Origin: Girardia tigrina
Lineage: Eukaryota
Length of the DNA stretch: 52,972 nt
Direction: 5' to 3'
Assembly: GCA_001938485.1 (NCBI GenBank)
Contig: MQRK01249777.1
Coordinates: forward strand, 1 to 52,972
Of the stretch, positions 1 to 10,819 are shown in pieces. Below the pieces are notes generated by a model. That model was not told the origin of the DNA and did no database searches. It worked only from the letters and a program-made list of their open reading frames with translations. Position 1 is the stretch's first letter, and the number at the start of each line of letters is the position of its first letter. The position numbers and the translations under genes are program-made.

Positions 1-978
1 CTTTATGTACGTGTTAATATATGTAAAATTTTAAATTGTAATAAATGTTATTTTTCTGTTGTATATTCATTTTTGGAACTTTATGTCATTTTGTTCTCAA
101 ATAGCTGCCGCACCCTGTAGTTGTACGAAATATTCTTTTAAAGAAAGTATGGGGAAGTGAAAAGAGGTATTAAAGAAACACTTTTGTAAACTTTTTGAGC
201 ATACTGAGTGTTAGGAAAAATGCAAGTTTTTGCACATTTATTAGACTTATTTATAGAGTTATTCTTAATTTTATTTAAAGTTGTCCCGTTTATCAACAGA
301 TATTATATGTTATACATGTACCGAAGCATATTTCATCTAACTGACGCGGAACATAATCTTTTTTTCGGCTCACCTCGATCACACAATAATTTTACCAGAA
401 AATTAATAATAATACCAAAATAATAAATCAATAAGTACAAGAATTATGACTTAACACTGTACATTATCTCGGTCAATTTTTTTATATTTATTATACGTTC
501 GTTGTACGTTGGGCCACACAATTCGACTCCACCATTCAAAAATAAACATGTAAATTCACACTACTTTCATACCATCTGCTCCTAGTCAACGCTCCACGAT
601 CACATTCATTTTAAAATGTCTAGTAAACCCATGTACATAATTCTTAACGCGAAATTCTCCACCGAGAAACTCTAATACACAGTAGCGGACCATATTGAAC
701 GCACGAGTATGGATAATTTAATCATTTTAGCGACGGTAGACCCATAACCCGCAATCACATCTAATAAAATTTTTGCTAGTCAGATCATTTTTTTAATTTG
801 CATTTTCCGCAAAGGGGAAAGATAAACCCTTCACATACAGAGCCTGAAACACAGAGTACGAAACAGAATAAACACATCACCACATGTAAACTTTTTTAAA
901 CACATAACTTTATATTACTTTTGATTTTATTTCAATTAAATATTTTCATCAAAATTGAAATTAACTTCTTTACTTTAT

Positions 979-1020
979 AATAAATCTTTGCATAAATCTT
1001 TGCATAAATCTTTTAATAAA
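979..1020. repeat. 12-bp tandem repeat (TAAATCTTTGCA) x about 3
   Basis: Directly visible: taaatctttgca taaatctttgca taaatcttttaa. Confidence 0.8.
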
Positions 1021-1330
1021 CCTACCGTAAAATTTATTTTATTTCTTGCATAACTTAATTTTTACATTAAATTTCTGAAAATCTTATTTTAACATATCTA
1101 TAACAATATTTTACGGAATGTAATTGTTTAATTATTAATTTGATAAGATTGTAAATTCAAAAATTTTATGAACTCAACAACGCTCCAAAAACAGTTCTTA
1201 AAAGATGTTTCAACAAATAAGAGATTAAATCCTTGGAAATTTTTTCATTTTTTATAGGTTTTATTAAGTTTTAATACCAATTTTATATTTTTTCAGACAA
1301 TACTAAAATCTAGATATTTAAATTTTTTAA

Positions 1331-2251
1331 ATTAGTTTAGATAAGCTTTTTAAAAAGTCCAAATGTAAAGACGTGAATAACAATGCTAAATGCAGATCTC
1401 CTGACAAAAAGTTATTGTTCAACGAAGATGATGAATCCCAGGCCATAGAAGAAATATGGGATACTATAAAAAATAAAAAACTCAATATGAGATATCTAAA
1501 AACCGGTGATTCTATATCCAGACTCATTGACGATTGGGCTACTGAAATAGCAAAAACCAGAAAAAAGAAAAAACAACTTCAAATCCAAGACGAAATTGTT
1601 AAGGATCCCATGAAATATTTTACAGAAAATTATAATTTAACAGAAAAGAAACAAAATAAAAACGTTAAGAAAGCTTGTCACATTCTTCAACAAATCTTGT
1701 TTGACACCTTAAAATCGGATGGATTAAACGATTATTTCAATTATATTTTATCTCAAACTCCCAATAAAAATAAAATAATTAAAAAAATCTTTAAAGATTT
1801 ATCAAAAAACGGAAAAAAATCGTCCATGTATCCGATAGACTATTCTGATGAAAGTCCTAAACATAAGACATCAGATTCTTCGGATTCTTCGGAATGTTCC
1901 GAAGAATCCCTCAGTGATCACAGTTCTTTCTACGAAAAATATGATCTTTCAAAGCTTGTTGAATGTGAATGTCATAATTTTAATTTACCAGAATTCCCAC
2001 AATTTTCCTTTCTAAATTGCGATGGTCGAATCATCAGTATTCCGAACTGGGAAATCGAAAGAATAATTAATAAATATTTCTTCTCTCCGGAAGAAGCTCC
2101 AAAACCAGAAGCTCCGAAATTGTTTGCGGCGAAAAAAGTCGATGAATTTGGTAATTTACAAAGTCAGTTGGCGCTGAAACGAGCTCAAACTCAAAAGAAA
2201 AAGGAAATCAAGAAAAAGGATATAAAAAGTCGAATAAAAGCGAAACAATAA
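1331..2251 (+). CDS. Orphan intronless ORF A (about 300 aa, Lys-rich, Ser/Asp-rich linker, C-terminal CxCH motif); paralog of ORF B; true start unresolved
   Basis: The frame is open 1331-2251 (the ORF track starts at GTG 1373) in very AT-rich DNA, with AATAAA near 2312. It aligns by eye with ORF 2367-2969. The first in-frame ATG (1487) lies downstream of the start of homology. An upstream ATG at 1168 runs into TAG 1255-1257 and would also need a frameshift near 1328. Confidence 0.6.
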   Translation: MSLDKLFKKSKCKDVNNNAKCRSPDKKLLFNEDDESQAIEEIWDTIKNKKLNMRYLKTGDSISRLIDDWATEIAKTRKKKKQLQIQDEIVKDPMKYFTENYNLTEKKQNKNVKKACHILQQILFDTLKSDGLNDYFNYILSQTPNKNKIIKKIFKDLSKNGKKSSMYPIDYSDESPKHKTSDSSDSSECSEESLSDHSSFYEKYDLSKLVECECHNFNLPEFPQFSFLNCDGRIISIPNWEIERIINKYFFSPEEAPKPEAPKLFAAKKVDEFGNLQSQLALKRAQTQKKKEIKKKDIKSRIKAKQ

Positions 2252-2366
2252 GCACTAAAAAATCAACTTTTATTTTATTATTTCACTCAAATAATGCAAC
2301 TCGTTCACTTTAATAAAAGTTTTCTATTTTACTTTTATTTTATCATTTTTATATTTAATTATATAA

Positions 2367-2969
2367 TTATTTTAAATATTTTTTAAATAATTCCGTAAAT
2401 TCAGAACTCGGTATTTCTATCTGTTCGTTTTGGTCGTTTCCTATGGTAAATATTGGTAACTCAAAGGGTTTGTGACATTTACAATGTCTATTCTTCTTTA
2501 CACCTTTTTTCACAGTGATTTCTTTATATTGCTCATAATTTTCATTTATGAACATTGGAAAATGGTAATTTAAAAACTCTTTACTTTTTCGTTTTTTCAA
2601 TTCTTTACATTTCAAATATTCCAATAAGAAATCTGAATTCACTTCCGATGGTTTGGAAATCGTGTCACAAAAACGTTTTATGTCTTCATGTAAAGTACTA
2701 ACGCTAAAGTAACTGTGAATGTTTGAAAACATTCCCTTAGACAACGGGTCACAATTTATATCTTCCATTGAAACAAGATTGTTGAGGGAGTAAATTTGTT
2801 TGACATCTTCCACATTATTTTCCCAATAATCGAGAAATTCTTCCGCATTCTTCTTGGATTGGATATATTTACTTAAATGTCGTAGGTCTAATCTGTTGTC
2901 AAGAATGGCTTCCAATTGTTGACAATTCAAGTTAATGTGGTCTAAAGGATTTTGGTTTTTCCTGTTCAT
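2367..2969 (-). CDS. Orphan intronless ORF B (200 aa), distant paralog of ORF A
   Basis: ATG-to-TAA ORF of 200 aa. It shares N-terminal (N..L.xR.L...D.W), DP and C-terminal CxCH/ExPxF/IxIPxxE/KY motifs with ORF A. Confidence 0.7.
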   Translation of the reverse strand: MNRKNQNPLDHINLNCQQLEAILDNRLDLRHLSKYIQSKKNAEEFLDYWENNVEDVKQIYSLNNLVSMEDINCDPLSKGMFSNIHSYFSVSTLHEDIKRFCDTISKPSEVNSDFLLEYLKCKELKKRKSKEFLNYHFPMFINENYEQYKEITVKKGVKKNRHCKCHKPFELPIFTIGNDQNEQIEIPSSEFTELFKKYLK

Positions 2970-3215
2970 TTTACGGGTGGCAAGTGTCTTGGAAGTCTTA
3001 CTACAATTATGTCAGTAAAACTAAATATCGAAATATAAATGAAGAATAGATCTTATTTTAAACCTTTCAAACCATTCTTTAATAATTTGGATCAATATTA
3101 CATTTTATGATAACTGAAAATAATTTTATTTGTATTATGTATATAAATTCATTATTTATTCATTATTTGAATAGGAGTAAATTAAAATATTAGAAACGTA
3201 AAAGAAAGAGTTTAA

Positions 3216-3419
3216 CCCATTAACGCCGAACGGGAACATTCGTGCCCAGCTAATAAAAATGGCTGTAAAAGTAAAGACATTGCATTTAGCTATGTTTCGT
3301 TGATAAGGTGTGTACTCTGAAGGTTCAGAACACATACGGAACATGTTTTGTTTCTCTGTCACCAGGCATTATGAAAAATTATGAAAAATTCATATTACAT
3401 AATTCTCGGCATTAATGGG
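3216..3419. mobile_element. piggyBac-type MITE
   Basis: TTAA on both sides; TIRs CCCATTAACGCCGA / TCGGCATTAATGGG. Confidence 0.8.
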
Positions 3420-3499
3420 TTAAATAATGATACTAAGTTTTGATAGAGCGTATGAAGGTAAATGACTAGGGTGACTTACAAAATACAACTTCAAAATGT

Positions 3500-4205
3500 A
3501 AAATATCGACGAATCGCAAAATTAATATGATTTGTTTCAAGTCTTTTCACATTCAAATTCAGTATTTACCGAAAAAAATTAGATGTGAAGTTATTTAAAA
3601 ACATGTTATCACGATATAAAAAAACTGACAGAAAACTTATGGAAAAGATTTGAAAAATTTCCAAATAAGGAATCAGGTTGGATTCGTGACTAATTTTCTT
3701 TTGATTTCTTGAATTCCAATATCACTTGAACTGAAAGGGAACAGTTCATCAATATTTCAAGGGACGAAATATTTCGAATTTCATTTAAACTTTGACTTTC
3801 CACAGATTTAAAGAAGGCTGTAAACATTTTAATACAATTTGCATTAACCTACTTACTTGAAACTCGTTTTTCCTAATTAATGGCTATTAAAACAAGATCT
3901 CACTCTCATTTGGATCAACACGATGACTTACCGCTTGCAATTGCCAACATAAATCCAGATGTAAAAGCTATCATGAGATCTTTACAAATTCATGCTTCAC
4001 GTTAATATTTGTAAATATAAAACTTTAGCTGTGTCACTATGTATGCATAAATAAAACCGTTCTCAAACTTATTAATGTGTTAAATAATGACAATTATGTG
4101 TTTTATTTCAGTATAACTACGTTGATGATTGAAAAAATATTCACCGTTTACCAAGGGCTCGCAATGATATTTTATACAACATGAGGGTTCGTACATCAAC
4201 CGCTG
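3500..4205 (+). mobile_element. Degenerate hAT (Buster/Charlie-like) transposon, 3' remnant
   Basis: About 3810-4004 translates as AVNILIQFALTYLLETRFS*LMAIKTRSHSHLDQHDDLPLAIANINPDVKAIMRSLQIHASR*, a hAT C-terminal dimerisation-like region. It ends ...AACCGCTG followed by TTCTAGTG (NNNTANNN, Buster-type target). The left boundary is approximate. Confidence 0.7.
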
Positions 4206-4297
4206 TTCTAGTGTCATATATTTAAAAATTAAAAATATAAATAATCATATATTAATAATTATGTTTCAAAAATATTTTTATTATTCATTCACATTTA

Positions 4298-5070
4298 TTA
4301 GAAACATATGACTGCATTTTGAGAATCACATGACACGATTGTCCACTTTTTGTTTTCTGAGGGTGACCCATTTATACAATGACCATCTCCTTGAGATGCT
4401 CCATCTTTGAAATTTCTAAAATAATCAAGATGTAAAATATTTTCTTTAATCACAATTCTAACTTATATTTCAATGGAGTTCCATCTGAAAATGTCCACTT
4501 TCCTTCTTTGTCACTACCATCAATCCAAAACGACCCTAAATTTTTTTGCTTTACCATATTGAAAACAAGTTTCTAAAATTAATAAAAAATAAATTATTAA
4601 AATATTATTATGAAATTTTTCACATTGATTTCTTCATTTTCTAAACGAATCAGTTTCAGATCCTGACTTTTACAATAATTAACAGCTTCATCATAAGTTG
4701 TCTTTTCCTCTGTTAAGTAAATTGATACAGTTTCTGTGACGGTTTCTGTCTCTGTCTTCGTTTCTGTTTATAAATGCTTTTTATAACTTCATTAAATTAA
4801 TATAATACTACATATAACTAATAAATCAAAATAATTTTATATCCATTCTTAATGCTGGCAGAATTCTACTTGGCTAATAGAATTTTGTTGTTATCTTTTG
4901 TAGAAGAAAAAATTACTATTAAATTTTTTAATAAATTATTTTTTTTTATTGACTGCTGATTAAATGTTCACATTATTATTTATTGTCATCGAAAAGGAGT
5001 AAGTGTGAAAAGTTTGAGAAAATTGATTGAGTAGAAGGCCTTCAAAAATAGGTTTCTAAATTCTATGGGT

Positions 5071-5116
<46 letters not shown>

Positions 5117-7002
5117 NNNNNNNNNNNNNNNNNNNNNNNNNNNNNNNNNNNNNNNNNNNNNNNNNNATATATATATATATATATATATATATATCAAATT
5201 TTATGAAATAGTTAATGTCCAAATTTATTATTTATTAAACTTTAAAAAATTTGATAGTTGTTAAAGAAAATTCATTAGCAGACCTGATTCAGTGATCGTT
5301 GGTGTGGAATCTTTATAGCAAATAACGGCCATAGGAGAATTACAATTAACATCATTCCAAAACCCATTGGGATAAAATAAGCCATGTAAACAGTGTTCAG
5401 CCTTTTGCCAGTTACTCGGTTCTCCAGGGTGCCATTTACTTTTTATAAAGATTAATTCTCATTGGTGATAATAACCAAATTTTGATTTTACTTGTACACA
5501 ATTCTGTTACCATTTTCGTATATCCAATTTCCTTCTGACTGTCTATCATTTGCGTCCATCCAATACTGTCCAAGTTTTCTTTGTACAGCAAAATTGTACA
5601 CCATTTGCTGAATATTTTATAAATATGAGAAATATTATTTGAAAATGAATATAATTAAAAGATAATATTAATTTATAAACATTTATTTTCTCTGATTGTA
5701 TTTTCACCAAATTCAAACCCTGTTGCTTGCAAAGGTTGACAGCATCCTGTTGACCGACCTTGTTAGGAAGAGCAACTAACTGATTCTCTTCAAAAGTAAC
5801 TATTTTAAATGAATATCAGAAATTTTTAATAGAAATTCCTATAATTTTCATACCAAGATTAGTTAATGGTTTGTCTCGATAGCAAATAACAGCAATCTTA
5901 ATATTGCAGTTGACATCATTCCAGAATCCATTCTGATAAAATAAGCCATGTAAGCAGTGTTCATTGTTATTGCCATTATTGGGTTCTCCTGGATGCCATT
6001 TACTTTTTGTGAAAGATATTTATTTTACAACCTTTTCTATTTAAATTCAGCTTTACCTGTAAACGATTCTGCTACCGTCTTCATAAACCCAGTTACCTTC
6101 AGAATGTTTATCATTCGCATCCATCCAGTATTGGCCTAAACCTCTTTGTACAGCAAAATTATAAACCATTTGCTACAAAAATTTCAGAAAATTATTTTTT
6201 TTCAAAAAGAAAAACTGGATTTTTACATTTGTTTTTTCATCTTGTATTTTAACAAGATTCATTCCTTGTTCTTTACAAAGATTAATGGCTTCTTGATGAT
6301 TAGCTTTAGTCGGAAGTGATAGAAGTTGATGTTCTTCATACGTTACTATACAAAAAGGTAAATTATTGATATAAATAATCAAAAATCAGTATTTATATTC
6401 TACCAATGTTTTTCATAATTTTATCTTGATAACAAATAACCGCTATGTTAATGTTACAGTCAACATCATTCCAGAATCCATTTGGATAAAACGAACCATG
6501 TGCACAATTTTCTTTGCCAGCACCGTTGTTAGGCTCTCCACCATGCCATTTACTTTGAAAAATTTATATGTAATTCAAGTTTGATTACTTTTTTTTTATC
6601 AATACATACGTGTAAACAAGACGGTTACCATTTTCGTATACCCAAGTTCCTTCTGATTGCCTATCATTAGCATCAATCCAATATTGACCTAATTTTCTAA
6701 CAACTGCAAAGTTATATACCATTTGCTAAATATGAAATTTATTTAGAATTATCAAATATAATTCATCATACATTTGTTGCTTCATCTTCAATTTTCACTA
6801 AACTCAAACCTTGAGACCGACAAAGGTTAACAGCTTGTTGATGATTAACCTTGTTTGGTAAGACTACAAGTTGGTTCTCATTGAGTGAAGCTAATAAAAT
6901 ATTACTTTAAAAATATCGGAAGGAAGTTATACCATCTAAAAATTTTATAATCCCTAAAACATTCCATGTTAAAACAAGAAAATTTATTTGTCGAAAGAAC
7001 AT
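4298..7002 (-). CDS. Secreted multi-domain C-type lectin (signal peptide + 4 CTLDs; EPN, EPN, EPS, degenerate), multi-exon, paralog 1
   Basis: ATG at 7002 (MFFRQINFLVLTWNVLGIIKFLD). GT-AG introns are about 41-70 nt, plus one larger intron with a repeat and a gap. Each CTLD spans 3 exons, with YWxDANDRxSEGxW, KWHxGEPN/S, FWNDVxC and AVICY motifs. Stop TAA at 4298-4300 follows ...[10 protein letters not shown]. Confidence 0.92.
4817..5116. mobile_element. Copy of dispersed (TA)n-containing non-autonomous repeat family (HINE/DINE-1-like?)
   Basis: Reverse-complement of the core GGAATTTAGAAACCTATTTTTGAAGGC...CGATGACAATAAA and of the AAGAATGGATATAAAA end also seen at 22411, 26222, 34958 and 38858. 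Confidence 0.75.
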
Positions 7003-7864
7003 TGAAATATAAATAATTTTCACGATTTACGTTCACTTTATAAATATTTTTATCGTTGAAACATTTGTTGTTTAAAAACAAATTTTCATGCGACAGTTGT
7101 TACCAAAAATCTGAATTTTTATTATTTTGAAAATATAATATAACAAATTCTTATTAAATATGTTTAATATGTAAATTAATTCGTCTTGTTTATATTTTTA
7201 ATATTTTAATTTTAATATTTTTGAAAAATAATTTTGTTAAAGCTTTCTTAAGAAATAAATATATGTTGGGATCACGGGTAACTAATCCACTCTTTCCTTT
7301 ACAACCTCAAGCCCATTATTTAGCGGGTGCGGAGGTTGTTAGAAACCCTTGGGAGATTTAAAAAGAAAAAGTATATATAAATAAAATAGAAAATAAAAAT
7401 ATATAATTAAATGAAAAAATGATCTATCAATTGACGAACAAAATTAATTACGCTTAAAAATGAAATTGATTCCAAGTATGATGTCTATTTTTATGATTGT
7501 TTTTTGTTCTGTTTTTGTTGTCTGGAGGCTTCCATCTTATAGCGCATAAGAATCTTGTTTTCACGGAGTTTTCTATGTGTAAGCTCTGTCGTTTTTGTTA
7601 GGACTTCGATCATGAAGAGATAAAGAGTGTATTATTATGTGTTTCGATTGAAGTTTTATGCGTGTGGACTTTTTTTACTGTAATTAATTTTATTCGAATG
7701 TTCCGAATGTTTGTCGTAAATTAAATATAAGAGGGAATAAGCATCATCCAATCTCCATTCAGATCAGTTTTTTGTGTTTTTCTTTTTGATTATCCATCGT
7801 CATCATCTAGGCGTTCCTGAAAAAATAATTAAAACAATGCAACGCAAACTAGACCTTTTACAAG

Positions 7865-7867
<3 letters not shown>

Positions 7868-7910
<43 letters not shown>

Positions 7911-7960
7911 NNNNNNNNNNNNNNNNNNNNNNNNNNNNNNNNNNNNNNNNNNNNNNNNNN

Positions 7961-8009
<49 letters not shown>
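7868..8009. repeat. (TA)n microsatellite spanning a 50-N gap
   Basis: Directly visible. Confidence 0.95.
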
Positions 8010-8011
<2 letters not shown>

Positions 8012-8640
8012 GGAGTCTTGAGAATGCTAATTTAATAATTTGAAAAATAATTTTCCTAAAGCTTTTTAAAAAATTGATTAGTTCACATGTTTCGGATTTT
8101 TTTTCCCGTCATCAGCAATTCTAATGTTATATTTAAGATAATAAAATGTTAAGTAATGAGTGATTTATCAGTAAATATTTAATTTTGCAGGATTTAATAT
8201 CATATAAATGACAAAATTTTTTAAATATAGTAATTAGACTTTAAAAATTGAAACGGCCTTACTTTACCCACTTTGACTATTGATTAATAGGTTGAAGTGT
8301 CTTATATTATAATGATTTACAGAACTGGCGCGCATAATATGAATCAAAGCCTTTTTGTAAAACAGAAAGCTGATTCTATGAAACAGAAGAGATTCTATTG
8401 TTACAATGTAACAAATAACAAGAACATTTCTAGATCGATTTGATTGTGAATACTCATTAATTTGGGTTTTGAGAAGACAATTGTTCATTCCACTGTTCGA
8501 CATTTTACAACCAGATTAGCTTACAATTGTTGAATTATGTTAGTGTTTTATCTGAAATTAGGAAGGTATTATCTCAAACTTAAAAATTTCTGGATCACTT
8601 TATTTACAATGTCGACTTTGAGCCTAGAATCATCAATGAC
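8010..8640 (-). mobile_element. Degenerate Penelope-like element 3' end (GIY-YIG remnant + pLTR)
   Basis: The minus strand gives fragments LKTQINEYSQ...VLQKGFDSYYARQFC...LQPIN, typical of the PLE endonuclease C-terminus, followed by a hammerhead-like motif. Confidence 0.6.
8075..8120 (-). ncRNA. Degenerate minimal type I hammerhead ribozyme motif
   Basis: Minus strand: AATTG-CTGATGA-C-GGG-A(n)-TCC-GAAA-CATG-T-G. It has the core, stem II and a palindromic stem III, but G at the cleavage position and a poor stem I. Confidence 0.5.
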
Positions 8641-8854
8641 GACAATCCTTTATTTGAGTTAAAAACATAAACAACTTCATAGCCCCATAATACTGCTGTG
8701 AAACGCGCCTTAATCCTCTACATCCTCAAGCAGTCCAGGATCCTGAGCGCCTTAGGGTTCTGATAACATATAATTTTCGATCATATCAGTTTACTCTCGA
8801 TCAATTCTATCCAGATTTCGTATATAGTTAATAAGATATGAAAATATATAACTC

Positions 8855-9038
8855 TGTCAGATCGGATAATTATAAACCAGACAGTGACAGCGTTTGTTGT
8901 CGCTCATATTGTATAAAGATAAACGAAAATAATGTGTAGTGAAAATGTCGAAAATTTGTTTAAATAATCAGAATTCGGTCAAAGGTTTGTAAATCTTGTT
9001 ATTGAAATAAATCTTTATTTTCGTTATTCTCGTTCACA
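8855..9038 (+). repeat. Putative 5' LTR (TGT...ACA, 184 bp)
   Basis: Begins TGT, ends ACA, contains AATAAA near 9007, and is directly followed by the GC-rich gag region. There is no second copy to confirm it. Confidence 0.55.
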
Positions 9039-10819
9039 AGCTATCGCGGCTTTGTGATGAAGACTCTAAAAATCGTGCCGGTGTATGACGGCTGCGGGTA
9101 TTTTTCCATTTGGATCCAGCGATACCACGAGTGCGCGGATACGCTCAAAGAGAACAAGCTGGTGATGCTACCACTTGCACTGACGGGCGAAGCGTTAGTC
9201 GGACTTTTTTTCCGTGGATTCAGTGACACAACGCGACAAGATTTTGAGAAGAGAACAGCGGCACTTACAGAAGCGTTCGCCACAAGCCCGAGGCTATAAA
9301 GGGTGAGATTTGCCTCCTGACGGCTTGCGCCCGGTGGGGGCGTAGATTTTTCATGGCTGATTTGAAGCGGTCAGCGGCTGTCATCTGTGCTAACGGAGGC
9401 AACTGGAACGCTTTTGTGGCTCAGGAGTTCATAAATCGGCTGCCCGAGGAATCCATGAGAAGTGTGGAGGCCGAGGCGCTCAACAAAACGTTGGATCTGG
9501 AAACCGTTGTCCGGTTGGCTCGAGTGTCATGTCAAGGCAAGACGTGAACATACTGATGAGACTGCGGCAGCTGCACGGCAGTTGTATCGGCAACCACCGT
9601 TCCCGTCACCCAATATAGGAGAACGGATATGTTATTGTTGCGGCGGGATTGGGCATTTGGCGCGTGAATGTGCGACCGGGTGGTGGAGCGCTCATAATAC
9701 AACCGATCGAACCGCGAACCGAGATAATGGACGGGAGAGCAGATGCTTTAGCAGCGGTCGGGTGGGCCACATTGCAAGGAGGTGCCAGCGCCGCAACACC
9801 GACCGAGCGGGAAACGTATAGCGGGTACCCACTATTGTGCGGGTGGGGAGCCTGGTTGCGGTGATGCGCGACTTTTATTCGTTCTGGTGAACGTATGTGG
9901 AAGGACTGTAAGGGCAATGGTCGACAAAGGATGTTCTACGTCAGTCGTAACGAGGACGTTGGTCCCATCGGCAAAGCTGGTTCGAGTTGAAGAAGTTTTT
10001 CGGATGATGGATAGATCGGCGGTGGGCGTACAATTCGGAGCGACCCTTTCGATTGGGTGCAGCGGCAAGCGGATCGAATGCCGTGTTCTAGTTGGTACCA
10101 GAATTTGTCGAGTCGAGGACGGGGATTCTTATTGGCATGGACGCAATCAACCAACTTGGGGGCGTGTGGGTGCCAAGCAGAGGCGGTACCACAAAGTTTG
10201 GACGGATAGAATATCAGGCAGCAGTGGGTAGAGCGAAGCAACCGGCACGTACGCGGATTGACGATTCTGATTTTATAGCCGAGTTTGACGGCCACTCATG
10301 GACGGCATTATGGAAGTGGAAGAGCGGTGAGGAGCCACCAGAGTCACCTGGGGGAGCGGTCGCATACGCGTCGGCCAAGTAGTACGAAGAAGATGTGAGC
10401 AAGTTGTCCGAATATAATTAAAACGGGTAGCTCATCCCGTTTAATGGGAACGCAAAGGCAATTTTGCCTCTGATAGCGGTGGTTCAGGTGGCCAAAGGGA
10501 CGTTATGACCGGTGCTAGACTATAGAGCCTTAAATGAGTTCGTGTCCAGCTACGCCGCAGAAAGCTTGGTGTCCGCTGGAAAACTGCGCAAATGACGGAA
10601 GATGGGGTCATCGCTCGAGATAATCGATTTGAGGCGGGCATATCTGCAAATTAATGTGAACTCTATTAATTAATCCACCACGAGGGGAAGATGTGCTGCC
10701 TGACGCGAATGGGCTTTGGATTGAACACGGCCCCAAAAATTATGAGGCGCATCATGGACCACGTGCTCGGATCGGATCCACAAATTGCGTAAGCTGCAGA
10801 TGCGTACTATGATGATATC

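Noticed and set aside
1168-1340. Spliced first exon 1168-1257 for ORF A
   Set aside because: As assembled, the frame hits TAG at 1255-1257 before the donor; it would work only if the poly-T run is one base short
7260-7360. GC-richer patch as a possible small RNA gene
   Set aside because: No tRNA cloverleaf, Sm site or snoRNA boxes recognisable
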